The position numbers and the translations under genes were made by a program. The notes under the pieces are model-generated. The model searched no databases. It was given only the letters and a program-made list of their open reading frames with translations, and was not told the DNA's origin. Shown here one piece after another: positions 18,517 to 27,626 of a stretch of DNA of 57,908 nt (position 1 is the first letter of the stretch; each line of letters opens with the position of its first letter). The stretch comes from an uncultured Eubacteriales bacterium (GTDB taxonomy: Bacteria; Bacillota; Clostridia; Oscillospirales; Acutalibacteraceae): positions 1 to 57,908 of the forward strand of contig CATJNB010000057.1 of the NCBI GenBank assembly GCA_949741605.1, given 5' to 3'.

Positions 18517-19446
18517 TTACAGTTGTGCCAAGGCCTTGTATGCGTTGTCACAACCAACAAAAAGCTCCTCGATAATTTCCCGGACGGGTTTTACCTCATT
18601 GCACAAACCAGCCACCTGGCCAGCCATCATGGAGCCATTCTGGGCATCGCCGTCAAAGACCGCTTTACGCAAAGCGCCTAAGGTAAATTCCTCGAGTTCC
18701 TCCCGGGTTGCGCCTGCTTTTTCCCGCTGTAAATACTCTTTGGTCATTCTATTTTTCATGGTGCGTACCGGTACGCCGCCAATCCGCCCAGTCACTACTG
18801 TATCGGTATCGCCGGCCTTGACCACCGCCTGTTTATAGTTCTCGTGGATCGGGCATTCCTCAGCAACCAGCAAACAAGTCCCGACCTGTACGCCAATCGC
18901 CCCAAGCGCAAACGCCGCCAAAACCTGCCGTCCGCTTGCAATGCCGCCCGCCGCAATGACTGGGATATCCACAGCATCCACGACCTGCGGCACCAATGCC
19001 ATGGTGGTCAGCTCGCCCACATGGCCGCCAGCCTCGGTACCTTCAATAATGAGAGCATCTGCCCCGCTGCGTGCCAGACGTCTTGCCAAAGCAACGGTCG
19101 CGGTTACCGGCAGTACCTTGATCCCCGCTTCTTTCCATGCCGGGATATATTTGCCCGGATTGCCTGCACCAGTGGTCACAACGGGCACCTTTTCTTCCAC
19201 CATCACCTGTGCAATTTCATCGACATGGGGATTCATCATCATGATATTGACCCCAAATGGTTTATCGGTCAGGCTGCGGCAAATGCGGATCTGTTCCCGG
19301 ATTTTTTCCGCATCCATACTGCCGCTCGCAATCAATCCCAACGCCCCTGCATTGGATACCGCTGCGGCAAATTCCGCCGTAGCAATGTTCGCCATACCGC
19401 CCTGAATCAGGGGATATTTGGTTCCAATCAATTCATTTAATTTCAT
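18517..19446 (-). CDS. fabK: Enoyl-ACP reductase II (FMN, nitronate monooxygenase fold)
   Basis: MKLNELIGTKYPLIQGGMANIA N-terminus. AGGAGG RBS before the ATG at 19446. Its position inside the fab operon supports the call. Confidence 0.88.
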   Translation of the reverse strand: MKLNELIGTKYPLIQGGMANIATAEFAAAVSNAGALGLIASGSMDAEKIREQIRICRSLTDKPFGVNIMMMNPHVDEIAQVMVEEKVPVVTTGAGNPGKYIPAWKEAGIKVLPVTATVALARRLARSGADALIIEGTEAGGHVGELTTMALVPQVVDAVDIPVIAAGGIASGRQVLAAFALGAIGVQVGTCLLVAEECPIHENYKQAVVKAGDTDTVVTGRIGGVPVRTMKNRMTKEYLQREKAGATREELEEFTLGALRKAVFDGDAQNGSMMAGQVAGLCNEVKPVREIIEELFVGCDNAYKALAQL

Positions 19447-19474
19447 AGTTCCTCCTAAAATTTGCTGTTTTCCC

Positions 19475-20434
19475 TTACCACTCCAGAAGGACAGCACCTA
19501 ATGTCAGCCCGCTGCCAAAGCCTACCATCACCAGACGGTCGCCACGGCGCAATAAGCCCTGCCGTTTCATCTCTGTGAGCGCAATCGGGATGCTCGCAGC
19601 AGACGTATTGCCATATTTTTCAATATTCATAAAAAATTTCTCAATCGGTAAATCCATTTTTTTGGCCGCCGCGGTAATGATCCGCTGGTTGGCCTGATGG
19701 GTCACAATATAGGAAATATCATGGGTACTCAGGCCCGCCTGCTCGAGTACATTCCCCACGCAGACCGGAATGGTTGATACCGCAAATTTGAAAATACTCC
19801 TGCCGTCCATGCGGATCAAGGACGGTTCCTCCTGACCCGCAAAGGGCGCTCCCGGGATCCGGAAAGCCTCATCGTCACCCTTGGCTGAAAGATAACTGTA
19901 AAATTCCCGTTCGGTATCCCGGCACACCACTACAGCCCCAGCACCGTCCCCAAACAGGACACAAGTATTGCGGTCTGTATAATCGACAAATTTGCTCATG
20001 ACTTCCGCGCCGATCACCAGAATATGGCGATCCGGCATCGCTGTGGCCAAAAGTCCATTCGCAATCGCCAGTGCATATGGGAAACCGGTACAGGCTACAT
20101 TGATATCAAATGCCATGACAGCCTGATTTTGGTCAAACTCCATCAGCTGATGGATGCGACAGGCAGTCGAAGGCTGGAAATCATCCGGAGTGCTAGTCGC
20201 AACAATAATCGCCCCAATCTGCTCTTTTGTAATCCCGGCATCCTGCATCGCCCACTGTGCCGCCCGAAAACCCAATACCGAAGTATTTTCCTTTTCGGCA
20301 ATACGGCGTTCCCGGATTCCTGTACGGGTGACAATCCATTCATCGTTGGTATCTACCATATGTTCCAAGTCCTGATTTGTCAGGACCTTGTCTGGGACCG
20401 AATATCCAGCCCCCAAAATCTTTAAACCGCTCAA
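19475..20434 (-). CDS. fabH: Beta-ketoacyl-ACP synthase III
   Basis: 319 aa with INVACTGF active-site Cys, HQANQRI and GNTSAASIP motifs. TTG start. Confidence 0.93.
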   Translation of the reverse strand: MSGLKILGAGYSVPDKVLTNQDLEHMVDTNDEWIVTRTGIRERRIAEKENTSVLGFRAAQWAMQDAGITKEQIGAIIVATSTPDDFQPSTACRIHQLMEFDQNQAVMAFDINVACTGFPYALAIANGLLATAMPDRHILVIGAEVMSKFVDYTDRNTCVLFGDGAGAVVVCRDTEREFYSYLSAKGDDEAFRIPGAPFAGQEEPSLIRMDGRSIFKFAVSTIPVCVGNVLEQAGLSTHDISYIVTHQANQRIITAAAKKMDLPIEKFFMNIEKYGNTSAASIPIALTEMKRQGLLRRGDRLVMVGFGSGLTLGAVLLEW

Positions 20435-20480
20435 ACCATCTTCTCCCTATCTCTCAAATTCACAATACCATAAAACTCTA

Positions 20481-21431
20481 TTATAATCCGCTACAATCTC
20501 CAATACTGCGGAATTTTTTATACCGTTGCTCAAGCAACGCACGCTCGCTCATTTTTCCGAGTGCGGCCAATTCGTTTGCGAGGTTGATACGGATCTGACT
20601 ATAAACCATTTCAGCATTTTCCCGCAGATTCCCAACTGGTTCCTGAATAATCAGGTCAATGACGCCCAAATCAAGCAGGTCTCCAGCCGTCAGCTTCATC
20701 AGTTCGCTGGCTTCTTTGGCGCGGCTGGCATCCTTCCACAAAATGGTCGCAAAGCCTTCCGGCGACAGGATCGAATATACTGCGTTTTCGAGCATCCAAA
20801 CACGGTTTGCTACGGATAACGCCAAAGCCCCGCCGCTGCCGCCTTCCCCGACCACAATTGCAATCACCGGCACTGTCAGGGTACTCATTTCCATGAGGTT
20901 GCGCGCAATCGCATCGCCCTGGCCATGCTCCTCCGCCTCAAGGCCCGGATACGCCCCGGACGTATCAATAAACGTAATAATCGGGCGTTTGAACTTTTCG
21001 GCCTGTTTCATCAGGCGAAGCGCTTTGCGGTACCCTTCTGGATTCGCCATGCCAAAATTGCATTTGATATTTTCCTCCAGATTACGCCCTTTGAGATTCC
21101 CAATGACCGTCACCGGAGTGCCGTTAAAGGCCGCAATCCCGCCAATAATCGCTTCATCGTTGCGGTACAGGCGATCGCCTCGCTGTTCAAAGAAGTGGTC
21201 AAATATGTTCTCAATGTACTCGCGCACATTCGGACGGGTTGGCTTGCGTGCCAAATATACCCGGTCATAACTGGTCAGGTTGGCATACGCCATATTCAGA
21301 ACCCGTTCCTTTGCTTTTTCGAGTTCCATGCGTATGGTTTCGGTGTCAAGGTCATGGCCGGTCAGCTGGGTAAGTTTTCCAAGCTCATCGTCTAGCTCGC
21401 GGACTTTCGCTTCCGCTTCCTGCAAAGTCAT
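20481..21431 (-). CDS. accA: Acetyl-CoA carboxylase carboxyltransferase alpha subunit
   Basis: FIDTSGAYPG and VIGEGGSGGALA motifs. The ATG lies 10 nt after AAAGGAGG and 2 nt after the accD stop. Confidence 0.93.
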   Translation of the reverse strand: MTLQEAEAKVRELDDELGKLTQLTGHDLDTETIRMELEKAKERVLNMAYANLTSYDRVYLARKPTRPNVREYIENIFDHFFEQRGDRLYRNDEAIIGGIAAFNGTPVTVIGNLKGRNLEENIKCNFGMANPEGYRKALRLMKQAEKFKRPIITFIDTSGAYPGLEAEEHGQGDAIARNLMEMSTLTVPVIAIVVGEGGSGGALALSVANRVWMLENAVYSILSPEGFATILWKDASRAKEASELMKLTAGDLLDLGVIDLIIQEPVGNLRENAEMVYSQIRINLANELAALGKMSERALLEQRYKKFRSIGDCSGL

Positions 21432-21433
21432 CC

Positions 21434-22312
21434 TCAACGCACCTCCTTTGTATGGAGTTTAAGCAACAGCGCAATGGTGGAACGCATGTCTTTCCGTTCG
21501 ACAACCTGATCCACAAACCCATGGTCCTGTTGGAACTCCGCCTGCTGGAACCCTTCCGGTAATTTTTGCCGGATCGTCTGTTCAATGACCCTTGGGCCCG
21601 CAAAACCAATGAGGGCTTTGGGTTCGGCTAATACGATGTCCCCCAAAGACGCAAAGCTGGCCGTTACGCCGCCGGTTGTTGGGTCAGTAAAATAAGAAAT
21701 ATAAAGCAGGCCAGCCGCACTGTGACGGGCAATAGCACTGCTGGTTTTGGCCATCTGCATCAGGGAAATGATCCCTTCTTGCATCCGGGCACCGCCGGAG
21801 GTACAAAACATAATTACAGGAAGACCCTTACGGGTAGCATACTCCACGGCCCGTGTAATCTTCTCCCCCACAACGCTGCCCATACTGCCCATCATAAAAC
21901 GGCAATCCATCACTCCCAGCACCACCCGGTGGCCATCCACGCGCGCTATCCCTGTCAGGATCGCATCGTTGAGACCGGTAGCCTTTTCGAGATGGTAAAT
22001 CTTCTGGGTATAACCGGGGAACCCCAGTGCATTTTTGGTCCGCAGCTTTGGACGGATCTCCCGGAAGGAGTCAGGGTCCACGAGTATTTGGATACGGTCC
22101 CATGCGGTCATACGCAAATGATGTCCGCATTCTGGGCATACATACCAATTACTTTTGAGCTGCTGGGTGAGGATATCCCCCTGACAACCCGGACATTTCG
22201 TATAAAGCCCTTCCGGGACATTCGCCTGTGGGGGCTTTGCGGGTTCTTTTTTGGGGAGCAGGGATTTGAGTACATTTAATTTTTCTTTGCGTTCTTTAAA
22301 TAAATCTTCCAT
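21434..22312 (-). CDS. accD: Acetyl-CoA carboxylase carboxyltransferase beta subunit
   Basis: N-terminal zinc ribbon CPGCQ..CPECGHH and a carboxyltransferase domain. Its start overlaps the accC stop (TAATG). Confidence 0.93.
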   Translation of the reverse strand: MEDLFKERKEKLNVLKSLLPKKEPAKPPQANVPEGLYTKCPGCQGDILTQQLKSNWYVCPECGHHLRMTAWDRIQILVDPDSFREIRPKLRTKNALGFPGYTQKIYHLEKATGLNDAILTGIARVDGHRVVLGVMDCRFMMGSMGSVVGEKITRAVEYATRKGLPVIMFCTSGGARMQEGIISLMQMAKTSSAIARHSAAGLLYISYFTDPTTGGVTASFASLGDIVLAEPKALIGFAGPRVIEQTIRQKLPEGFQQAEFQQDHGFVDQVVERKDMRSTIALLLKLHTKEVR

Positions 22313-23664
22313 TATGTCACCAGCTTATCCAAGTTATTCTCAATGAAACTTGTATCAAAGGTACCGGAAACAAATTCCTCACTATGAAGGATCCAATAAT
22401 GCAGGTCGATATTTGTTTCGATGCCTTGAATAATCAGCTCCTCCAAAACCCTTCGCATCCGGCTGATCGCTTCTTCGCGGTTATTGCCAGACACAATCAC
22501 TTTTGCAATCATGGAATCATAGCTCGACGGGATCTGATACCCCTGGTACAAAGCGGTATCAATCCGCACCCCCATGCCTCCCGGAATATTGATCCCTTTG
22601 ACCGTACCCGGACAAGGCCGGAAATTTTCTTTTGGATTTTCCGCATTGATCCGGCATTCAATGGAATGCCCCCGCAAAACAACGTCCTCCTGAGAAAACG
22701 ATAACGGCTTTCCGGCTGCAATCAGGATCTGTTCTTTAATCAGGTCGATCCCGGTTACCATTTCTGTAATAGGATGTTCGACTTGAATCCGGGTATTCAT
22801 TTCGATAAAATAATAATTACCATCCTTGTCAAGTACATACTCAATGGTTCCTGCATTCTCATAACCTGCCGCTCGGGCGGCCCGCACAGCATCCTGCCCC
22901 ATCTGGTCACGCAGTTCCGGGGTCAGGGCGGTAGAGGGCGCTTCCTCGATCATTTTCTGGTTGCGCCGCTGGATGGAACAGTCGCGCTCCCCAAGATGCA
23001 CCACATTGCCAAACCGGTCTGCCATAATCTGGAACTCGATATGTTTAGGACACAGGATCAATTTTTCCAAATACATATCATCGTCGCCAAAACAGCTTTT
23101 GGCTTCGGTACGTGCGGCCAAAAATTCCTTTTCCAGCTCCTCCGGCTCATACACCCTTCGCATCCCGCGTCCACCACCGCCTGCAGACGCCTTAATGAGC
23201 ACCGGATACCCAATGCGCTCAGCAGCCTCGCGTGCTTCCTCAACCGTATGCACACTGCCATCCGACCCCGGTACCACTGGCACGTCATGATCCATCATCA
23301 GCTTACGCGCCGCAGACTTGTTGCCCATCTTGTCAATCACGTCGCCGCTGGGACCGATGAATTTGATCCCGCAGGTTTCCACCAGACGTGCAAAGGTCGC
23401 GTTTTCCGATAAAAAGCCAAAACCCGGGTGGATCGCGTCACAGCCCAAGGTGGTAGCGGCAGCCAGGATATTTTTCATATTCAAGTAACTTTCCGTAGAC
23501 TTCGCCGGCCCCACGCATACCGCTTCGTCAGCAAGCTTCACGTGCAGCCCAGCCTTGTCTGCCTGCGAGTAAATGGCCACGGTTTCAATGCCCAGTTCCT
23601 TACAGGTGCGGATAATCCGTACCGCAATTTCCCCACGGTTGGCAATCAGTATTTTCCGAAACAT
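22312..23664 (-). CDS. accC: Biotin carboxylase
   Basis: [27 protein letters not shown]-terminus with an ATP-grasp domain. 450 aa. Confidence 0.95.
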   Translation of the reverse strand: MFRKILIANRGEIAVRIIRTCKELGIETVAIYSQADKAGLHVKLADEAVCVGPAKSTESYLNMKNILAAATTLGCDAIHPGFGFLSENATFARLVETCGIKFIGPSGDVIDKMGNKSAARKLMMDHDVPVVPGSDGSVHTVEEAREAAERIGYPVLIKASAGGGGRGMRRVYEPEELEKEFLAARTEAKSCFGDDDMYLEKLILCPKHIEFQIMADRFGNVVHLGERDCSIQRRNQKMIEEAPSTALTPELRDQMGQDAVRAARAAGYENAGTIEYVLDKDGNYYFIEMNTRIQVEHPITEMVTGIDLIKEQILIAAGKPLSFSQEDVVLRGHSIECRINAENPKENFRPCPGTVKGINIPGGMGVRIDTALYQGYQIPSSYDSMIAKVIVSGNNREEAISRMRRVLEELIIQGIETNIDLHYWILHSEEFVSGTFDTSFIENNLDKLVT

Positions 23665-23673
23665 AGCCTCACC

Positions 23674-24144
23674 TTAACCCTCTTTAATCAACATAATGGT
23701 CTGGTCATATTCGACCATATCCTCCTGATTGACGAGGATCTTTACAACCTCTCCGGATACCGGCGCAGCAATTTCATTCATCATTTTCATGGCCTCAATG
23801 ATGCACAGGGTCTGGCCCTTTTGTACGCGCTGTCCGATGGTCACAAACGGCGCAGCATCTGGTGCACTTGCCTGATAGAACGTACCGACGACCGGCGACT
23901 TGACGGGTACTTCCCCCGGGTTCTCAAGTTGCACAGCAGAAACAGCAGTTGGACCTGCCTCCAAAACCGGTTCCGGATGGGCCTCAGCTGGAATTAACGT
24001 TGCTTTGGGAGCCTTGAACATTTTATTGATCGTGCTCTCTTTTTCCAGCTTTAAGGATAGATTTTCGATTTCCAGTGTCATTTTATGGATTCCAGACTGG
24101 TCAAACTCCTGTATTAAAGCTTTGATCTCTTCTAAATTCATCAT
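23674..24144 (-). CDS. accB: Biotin carboxyl carrier protein
   Basis: The biotinylation motif EAMKMMNEI is present. Start set at the ATG after AAAGGAG. Confidence 0.92.
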   Translation of the reverse strand: MMNLEEIKALIQEFDQSGIHKMTLEIENLSLKLEKESTINKMFKAPKATLIPAEAHPEPVLEAGPTAVSAVQLENPGEVPVKSPVVGTFYQASAPDAAPFVTIGQRVQKGQTLCIIEAMKMMNEIAAPVSGEVVKILVNQEDMVEYDQTIMLIKEG

Positions 24145-24263
24145 GCAATAAACTCCTTTAATCCCCAAGGCAAACGCGGCCTATCCCTATTTAGGAGGCG
24201 GCGATGCTTGATTTCTACAATAAGCGGGACAAATTGTTTTTCAAAATGGTAAACCTAGCTTTT

Positions 24264-24292
24264 ATTATAGTAGATTTGGCATTTAAAGTAAA
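24264..24292 (-). promoter_or_regulatory. Candidate acc-fab operon promoter TTTACT-17-TATAAT
   Basis: On the minus strand the -10 is perfect with a 17-nt spacer. It lies ~115 nt upstream of accB. Confidence 0.45.
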
Positions 24293-24446
24293 CACTTCGA
24301 TAAAGAAATTTCAAAAAACTTTAAAAATATTCCGAAATCGTTCAGTAATAGACACTTGTTTGTCATTATACTAATTCTTCCAGCAAAAAGAAAAAGCCAT
24401 GTCAAACAAGGCACAAACCTGCTTAACACAGCTTTTGAATGTAAGT

Positions 24447-26204
24447 TTAAGATTTTTCGACAGCCGTAACCTCTGGCGGGAGACAATATTTTTCTGAATA
24501 CCGCTTCAGGTCAGCCTGATAAGTTTTGGTCAGCTCGATACCGCCTTCTTCCTCGGGGGTCTCGAGGTAGTGGCCGGATTTGCGCTGAATCACATTGGAC
24601 GCAACATTGGAACAGTGGTCAGAAATCCGTTCAAGATCGGTGAGCAGTTCGATAAACGAGATACCACTTTGGGCGTTACAATGCCCAGACTGCAAACGGC
24701 GAATATGGCGGTTACGCATTTCCTGTTCGAGGTTGTCAACCACCTGTTCGAGTGGTTCTACCCGGGACGCCACCAGTAAATTCTCGCCGCGGTACATCTC
24801 GACCGTATCCCCCAGCACCTCCTCAACCGCGTCAAAGATGGTGTTCAGCTCTGCAAAGCCCTGCGTTGAAAACGTAATATTATTGTCGTAATTATACTGG
24901 GCAACCTCCGCGAGGTTTACGGCATGGTCACCAATGCGTTCAAAATCGCCGAGACTATGTAAAAGCTCCGTAGCCATCCGGCTTTCTGCCGCACTCAGGT
25001 CATTTGGCGTAATTTTCAGAATATAATTATTGAGTGCAAATTCAGAACGGTCTAAAAAGTCTTCGATCTCATTGATTTTTGCCATGGTGTCGGCACTGTA
25101 CTTTTCATTAATCTGGCGTGCTAGACGATACGATTCGAGCGAAGATTCCGCCATCGTCACAACCAAGCCGTGGGCTTGCTGCAAAGCGATGGTTGGGGTT
25201 TTGATGAGCAGGTCGTCCAGACGGGCCATTTCCTGTTCGCGGGAGGTCAGCACTTTATCCTTGACCAGTTTGGTTGCCAGAGCCACCAGCTGGTTGCACA
25301 GCGGCAGAAGGATCAAGGTCGTGGTAACATTAAAAAGGGTATGGAAATCCGCAATATTGCCCCGGTTGACCGCACTGTCCCAGAAAGGCAACCCCCAGAT
25401 CCCCTGTACCGCATAAATCAGTGCGGCAAAGAAAATCAAGCCTGCGAGATTCACCATGACATCCAGCAGTACGGCACGTTTTGCCGGTTTCTTGGAGCCA
25501 ATCGACGCAATCACGACCGTCACACATTTGCCAAGATTCTGCCCCAAAATGATCGGCATAGCAGAGGAAAAGGTGATGGCGCCAGTTGCAGACAAGGCTT
25601 GCAGGATGCCCACCGAAGCCGAAGAACTTTGCAGGACAGCGGTCATCGCAATGCCCACCAGAATCCCTAAAAAGGGGTTTTGCAGCACCGTCAGCATCCC
25701 GCTGAACCATTCCGCTTCACTCAGGGGCAAAAGGGTTTTCTCCATGGTATTCATCCCAAAGAAAATCATCCCCAGCCCCATGCAGATGTTCCCCCAGTTT
25801 TTACTGCTGGTTTTCTTGGTGAACATATACAACACTGCGCCCAGCGCAATCAGGATCGCGCCAAAAGCAGAGGGCTTGAGCAGCTGGATCACAACCCCAG
25901 CTCCTCCCAAATCACCTAGGCGCAAAATTTGACCCGTCACCGTAGAACCAATATTGGCTCCCATGATGACCGGCAAAGCCTGCACCAGCTTGATAATCCC
26001 AGCATTGAGCAAGCCAATGACCATAACAATTGTGGCAGACGAGCTTTGGATCACTCCAGTCACACCCGCCCCCAACAGGACCCCTTTGATGCGGTTGCTG
26101 GTGAGCTTTTGCAGGATCTTCTCTAGCCCGGCACCGGCTAATTTTTCCAGCGCACCGCCCAGCATACTCATGCCGTAGAGAAACAGCCCGACCCCAGCCA
26201 GCAA
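24447..26204 (-). CDS. Na/Pi cotransporter family protein with C-terminal PhoU-like domains
   Basis: 585 aa with duplicated Na/Pi cotransporter repeats (GxGLFLYGM, QSSSA twice) and two PhoU-like helical repeats (ERIGDHAVN, ERISDHCSN). The true start may be the CTG at 26228 (see findings). Confidence 0.88.
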   Translation of the reverse strand: MLAGVGLFLYGMSMLGGALEKLAGAGLEKILQKLTSNRIKGVLLGAGVTGVIQSSSATIVMVIGLLNAGIIKLVQALPVIMGANIGSTVTGQILRLGDLGGAGVVIQLLKPSAFGAILIALGAVLYMFTKKTSSKNWGNICMGLGMIFFGMNTMEKTLLPLSEAEWFSGMLTVLQNPFLGILVGIAMTAVLQSSSASVGILQALSATGAITFSSAMPIILGQNLGKCVTVVIASIGSKKPAKRAVLLDVMVNLAGLIFFAALIYAVQGIWGLPFWDSAVNRGNIADFHTLFNVTTTLILLPLCNQLVALATKLVKDKVLTSREQEMARLDDLLIKTPTIALQQAHGLVVTMAESSLESYRLARQINEKYSADTMAKINEIEDFLDRSEFALNNYILKITPNDLSAAESRMATELLHSLGDFERIGDHAVNLAEVAQYNYDNNITFSTQGFAELNTIFDAVEEVLGDTVEMYRGENLLVASRVEPLEQVVDNLEQEMRNRHIRRLQSGHCNAQSGISFIELLTDLERISDHCSNVASNVIQRKSGHYLETPEEEGGIELTKTYQADLKRYSEKYCLPPEVTAVEKS

Positions 26205-26228
26205 AGGCAGATAATTTAAGAGTTCCAG

Positions 26229-26405
26229 GTGAAATCACTCCCCTTATCAAATACCGCTGGGCACCCCATGGCCAAAAGCGCACAGCAGTATGGTTTACAG
26301 AAGCAATATCCCGGGTAGGCCGGCAAGCCCGGCTGGGATATCCGGTAACCTATTTTCTTTCCCTGGTTTACAGCAATCCCTTTCCAAACAAGGGCAGGAG
26401 ATTAC
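26229..26405 (-). promoter_or_regulatory. Long structured 5' leader of the Na/Pi transporter gene
   Basis: It contains three hairpins and two copies of the motif GGGAU(AU)UGCU(UC)UGUAAACCA (plus-strand copies at 26291-26312 and 26364-26380). The third hairpin (26251-26291) abuts the SD. Confidence 0.45.
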
Positions 26406-26411
26406 ACCGTC

Positions 26412-26440
26412 ATTATAACATCTTTCCCCGGCGCAAGCAA
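26412..26440 (-). promoter_or_regulatory. Promoter TTGCTT-17-TATAAT for the Na/Pi transporter
   Basis: Read on the minus strand: perfect -10, 17-nt spacer. Confidence 0.55.
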
Positions 26441-26589
26441 GCCTTAATCCAGAAAAATTTCCTTGGTTTTTGGTGGATTTCTTCCGGGGAAATTGACTAT
26501 TTTTATCGGAAAATTCCATAAACACGCACTTTTCCGCCCCGAGTCTCCACCGCGAATATACCGGTCACTTCCATATGTGGTACTTTGTA

Positions 26590-26618
26590 TTGACTTTTTC
26601 TGCAACATGTTGTATAAT
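26590..26618 (+). promoter_or_regulatory. Promoter TTGACT-17-TATAAT (TG-extended)
   Basis: Near-consensus hexamers ~40 nt upstream of the 26659 start. Confidence 0.6.
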
Positions 26619-26658
26619 AAAAATAAATTCTAAAAATTCACGACAGGGGATGCTCCGT

Positions 26659-26928
26659 ATGTTAGAACAAGTAAAAGTAACCGGCGGTGTGCTGGATCCT
26701 ACCGAAATTGAAGCCTATGTCGACCATATCCAAAAGCAGTATCCGGGACGCGAACTGGATTCCCTGCAAATTGAGGTGGATGGCGATTTTGTCAATCTCA
26801 ACTATACGTTTGTTGCGGTCCCGTTTGAACGGATCCGCCGGATTACTGGATATCTGGTAGGCACGACCGACCGTTGGAATAACGCCAAACGTGCCGAAGA
26901 AAAAGACCGCGTGAAACATTCCTTATAA
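26659..26928 (+). CDS. Small protein with an NrdD-like C-terminal glycyl-radical motif
   Basis: 89 aa. The C-terminus RIRRITGYLVGTTDRWNNAKRAEEKDRVKH resembles the class III RNR glycyl-radical tail. Start set at the second ATG, 8 nt after AGGGGA. Confidence 0.6.
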   Translation: MLEQVKVTGGVLDPTEIEAYVDHIQKQYPGRELDSLQIEVDGDFVNLNYTFVAVPFERIRRITGYLVGTTDRWNNAKRAEEKDRVKHSL

Positions 26929-26942
26929 TGGAGGAACCATCC

Positions 26943-27575
26943 ATGAGCAAAGTATTATTGATAAATGGAAGCCCGCATCAGCATGGCTGTACCTTTACTG
27001 CCCTCGACGAAGTTTCCAAGACACTTGCAAACGAAGGGGTTGCATCGGAGCTGCTATGGGTCGGCAACAAACCAGTAGCCGGATGTATCGCATGTATGGC
27101 ATGCCGGAATACGGGACGGTGCGTCTTTCAGGACGACCGTGTCAATGAAATCCTCGACAAACTGGAGGAGTATCAAGCCATTGTAGTTGGCTCACCGGTG
27201 TACTATGCTGGGCCATCTGGTCAACTCTGTGCATTTCTTGACCGCCTGTTTTACAGCAGCCGCGGACGGATGGCTGGAAAACTGGCTGCCGCTGTGGTGT
27301 CGTGCCGCAGGGGTGGTGCAAGCGCTGCCTTTGACCGCTTGAATAAATATTTCAGTATCAGTAATATGTACACCGTTGGTTCCCAATACTGGAATCAGGT
27401 ACACGGAAATACCCCGGACGAGGTTCGCAAAGACCTGGAGGGCCTGCAAACCATGCGTACCTTGGCGCAGAATATGGCATGGATGTTAAAAAATCTCGAA
27501 GCCGCAGGGCCGCAAGGAATCCCCGCCGTACAATATGAAGCCCGGATCGCTACCAACTTTATTCAGAATCCATAA
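26943..27575 (+). CDS. Iron-sulfur flavoprotein / NADPH-dependent FMN reductase family
   Basis: Flavodoxin-like N-terminus KVLLINGSPHQHGCT and a compact Cys motif CIACMACRNTGRC (CxxCxxCx5C). GGAGGA RBS 7 nt upstream. Confidence 0.8.
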   Translation: MSKVLLINGSPHQHGCTFTALDEVSKTLANEGVASELLWVGNKPVAGCIACMACRNTGRCVFQDDRVNEILDKLEEYQAIVVGSPVYYAGPSGQLCAFLDRLFYSSRGRMAGKLAAAVVSCRRGGASAAFDRLNKYFSISNMYTVGSQYWNQVHGNTPDEVRKDLEGLQTMRTLAQNMAWMLKNLEAAGPQGIPAVQYEARIATNFIQNP

Positions 27576-27578
27576 CGA

Positions 27579-27619
27579 AACATCCCAGCACATACAAAAA
27601 ATGTGCTGGGATGTTTTTT
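27579..27619. terminator. Bidirectional rho-independent terminator
   Basis: 15-bp perfect arms aacatcccagcacat / atgtgctgggatgtt, followed by T-run. Confidence 0.8.
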
Positions 27620-27626
27620 GACAAAG

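Noticed and set aside
15094-24168. A hidden acpP within the fab/acc operon
   Set aside because: All gaps are 46 nt or less, and no ORF with an ACP-like DSL motif occurs in any frame of the listed ORFs.
26295-26525. 76-aa minus-strand ORF in the long intergenic region
   Set aside because: It has no RBS, and it spans the promoter and structured leader of the Na/Pi transporter gene. I interpret the region as noncoding RNA structure.
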